Below, one piece after another: positions 20,861 through 22,977 of a stretch of 22,977 nucleotides of DNA (position 1 is its first letter; every line of letters starts with the position of its first letter). The notes under the pieces are model-generated. The model was not told the DNA's origin. It did not search any database and was given only the letters and a program-made list of their open reading frames with translations. A program made the translations under genes and the position numbers. This DNA is from Candidatus Sumerlaeia bacterium (GTDB taxonomy: Bacteria; Sumerlaeota; Sumerlaeia; SLMS01), in the NCBI GenBank assembly GCA_038208905.1, contig JBBQYG010000054.1:1-22977 (forward strand), written 5' to 3'.

Positions 20861-20889
20861 TTGACACGTTGGCCGAGTTGACCCAATCT
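20861..20889 (+). promoter_or_regulatory. Putative sigma70-type promoter for the downstream secreted protein
   Basis: Perfect TTGACA - 17 nt - CAATCT, with an A-tract upstream. Confidence 0.5.
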
Positions 20890-21099
20890 TTACCCGTAGT
20901 CTGGTGGAATGGCGGCACTGACCCCAATCATGCGCGCCCAGCCCACCCACACCGCCTGCACCGGGCAGGCAACGTGACCCACACGAGCCTCAAGGAGATT
21001 GCCCCCGTGAATTGATGCGATTTTTCGTCCGCCCCCCGAACTAGAGAAGACTCGCGGGGTTATGTAGTGCCCTCTCCAAAAAGGAAAGGAATCAGCCAA

Positions 21100-22977
21100 G
21101 TGAATACACGGTTCTCCACCGTAGCTGGTTTCCTCGCTTCCGCCTCCCTGCTCAGCGGCAGCGCCTTTGCTTTTGCGCCCTCCTTCAACACCACCCTGTT
21201 TCCGACGGTGACCATCACCGATCGCGTCTCGGACGTGTTGACGGGGGATTCGGACTTTGACACCCTGAGTGGTGGTCCCGCACCGTTGTCCACGGAGCAT
21301 GCTTACCGTTTTAATGCCGCAGCTGATCTGGGTGATTTTATCCCTCCGGCAAACTTCGGTGTCGCGACCACGCTTTCTGATGTCAAGTTCGTCTTCACCG
21401 AGAGCAAGACTGACTCCGGCCCGATCGAGCCTGCCTCTGACGGCACGCTCTCCATCGGCGGCGTCACGTCTGTTGGCTCCCTCCCCATTGCTGGTACGGG
21501 CGATGCCGCCTTCTCGGGCGCCAACGCCGGAACCGCGGGAGTCCTTGACTTCCGCAACATCGACTTCTCCCCGACCACTGGCTTCCCGAATGCCGCCGGC
21601 ACCGCTGCCATTGGCCCCTTCACGGGCGTCGGCGCAGAGACGGGTGAGAACATCGTGGTCTCGCTCTTCCAAGAGCGCTACGTCAGCCTCTACATCGACG
21701 CCGCCGGCTCCAACGCCCTCAACGGCACCGTGGTCAAGTCCTTCAAGGTCGTGACAACGATGAGCACCGACGGCAACGGCGACCGCACCACGGATCCGAC
21801 CATCACCGATCCGTTCGTTCCGGTTCCCGGCTTCACGAGCGACTTTGGCGGCTGGGTTGTCGCTGGATCCGACAATAGGATCCTGTTCATCCCCAACGGC
21901 ACGTCCAACAACACGGCGGTCCCCGCTCCTCCGGCCCCAAGCCCGAACCTGAGCGGCTTCACGCTCACTCCCGGAGTGAGTAACGTCATCCTGACCCCTG
22001 TCGGAACGGCGACGGGTCCGCTTGGTGTTGCCAGCACGAACGCCCAAGTCGGCTTCTCGGGCTTCGCGCTTCCGCAGACCCCTGGCGTCGGCCTTGCAGT
22101 CGAGGCGGGTAAGATCTACCGCGTTCGCTACAACGTCCTCTCCTCCAACACGACCACGAAGTCGGCTGTGATTGGCTTCCAAGTTGGTCTGGCCAACGAC
22201 TCCGCCGTTGGTGGAGCCCAGTACCTCGACACGCGTGCTCAGGCCCCCAACGGCATCTCGCGCGTTTCGCCCCAGATCAGCACCACCGTGCAGGACGTTG
22301 ACGTTTACCTCGAGTCCGAGGGAACCGCCACCGTCGCGCTTCAGGCCCAGTTCATCGACCTCTCCTCCACGGCCGGTGACGAGATCACGGTCACTGGCTA
22401 TGAAGTGACTGTCGCCCCGAACCGTGCTTCGCTCGGCACGGGCACGGTCATCCGCAACATCGGTGGCGTGCTTTCCGCCATCGACCCCGCTGAGACGGGC
22501 GCCAATCCCGGCGCACCGCTTGAGGCATGGGGCACCGTTGGTGGCACGACCCCGGGTGTGGGCATCTTCTTCACGACGAACGCCCCCAACAACTTCGGTC
22601 TGAACAACGCGTACAACGAGACGTGGACCCGCGAAGCAGCGGGTAGCAATGTCGCCCTTGCGCTTCCTGCCGATACCAACACCGGAGTCAACAAGCTATG
22701 GGAGTCCACCGTCGTCGGCTTCGCCGCCAACAACGTGGGTAGCCCCGACACGGTCGACACCGGCTTCAACTTCACACAGGGTCGCCTGTATGCGGTTGAC
22801 GCATGGATGCGTTCGAGCGTTGCCGCCGGCAATGGATCGACCGGTGGTGCGCTTGCACCGAACTTCGTCCTTGGTCTTACCTTCGACGGTACATACCAAG
22901 GCGGTTCGCTGTACGGCATTGCTCACCGCGCGCCTACTGCGGCCAGCCTTTCCAACCAGCTCCGTCGCTTCACCGCG
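21100..22977 (+). CDS. Large secreted Gly/Thr/Ala/Ser-rich protein, S-layer/surface-protein candidate; 3' end runs off the window
   Basis: Manual translation; not in the ORF track. AAGGAAAGGA upstream of GTG 21100; open for 626 codons: MNTRFSTVAGFLASASLLSGSAFA-FAPSFNTTLFPTVTITDRV...SNQLRRFTA; Sec-type signal peptide, no Cys seen. The CDS is well supported; the S-layer role is inference. Confidence 0.85.
   Translation, partial: MNTRFSTVAGFLASASLLSGSAFAFAPSFNTTLFPTVTITDRVSDVLTGDSDFDTLSGGPAPLSTEHAYRFNAAADLGDFIPPANFGVATTLSDVKFVFTESKTDSGPIEPASDGTLSIGGVTSVGSLPIAGTGDAAFSGANAGTAGVLDFRNIDFSPTTGFPNAAGTAAIGPFTGVGAETGENIVVSLFQERYVSLYIDAAGSNALNGTVVKSFKVVTTMSTDGNGDRTTDPTITDPFVPVPGFTSDFGGWVVAGSDNRILFIPNGTSNNTAVPAPPAPSPNLSGFTLTPGVSNVILTPVGTATGPLGVASTNAQVGFSGFALPQTPGVGLAVEAGKIYRVRYNVLSSNTTTKSAVIGFQVGLANDSAVGGAQYLDTRAQAPNGISRVSPQISTTVQDVDVYLESEGTATVALQAQFIDLSSTAGDEITVTGYEVTVAPNRASLGTGTVIRNIGGVLSAIDPAETGANPGAPLEAWGTVGGTTPGVGIFFTTNAPNNFGLNNAYNETWTREAAGSNVALALPADTNTGVNKLWESTVVGFAANNVGSPDTVDTGFNFTQGRLYAVDAWMRSSVAAGNGSTGGALAPNFVLGLTFDGTYQGGSLYGIAHRAPTAASLSNQLRRFTA

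Noticed and set aside
20890-22926. Track ORFs at 20890-22182, 21269-21754, 22398-22919 and others
   Set aside because: They overlap the better-supported plus-strand CDS starting at 21100.

Overview
High-GC bacterial chromosomal window of mixed housekeeping and envelope genes. The lineage is tentatively Candidatus Sumerlaeota (BRC1)-like; this is an inference from protein style, not a search result. In order: a membrane protein truncated by the window edge (absent from the ORF track), a LolD-type ABC ATPase, a small secreted protein, a ferredoxin, a two-gene cassette (small protein ending LVGG plus an 863-aa DUF4132-type protein) bracketed by two related palindromic elements, a GNAT/FemAB-like protein, two equal-length membrane-anchored helical paralogues with a terminator, a transaldolase, a Fic gene split by a +1 frameshift in a C8 run, a secreted HExxH metalloprotease, a stand-alone sucD, a GT-C-like membrane protein, a hybrid histidine kinase, two lipoproteins, and the first 626 codons of a large secreted S-layer-like protein (also absent from the ORF track) behind a long structured leader. 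The best candidate for an undescribed system is the ubiquitin-like/DUF4132 cassette. No rRNA, tRNA, CRISPR array or transposase was recognised.
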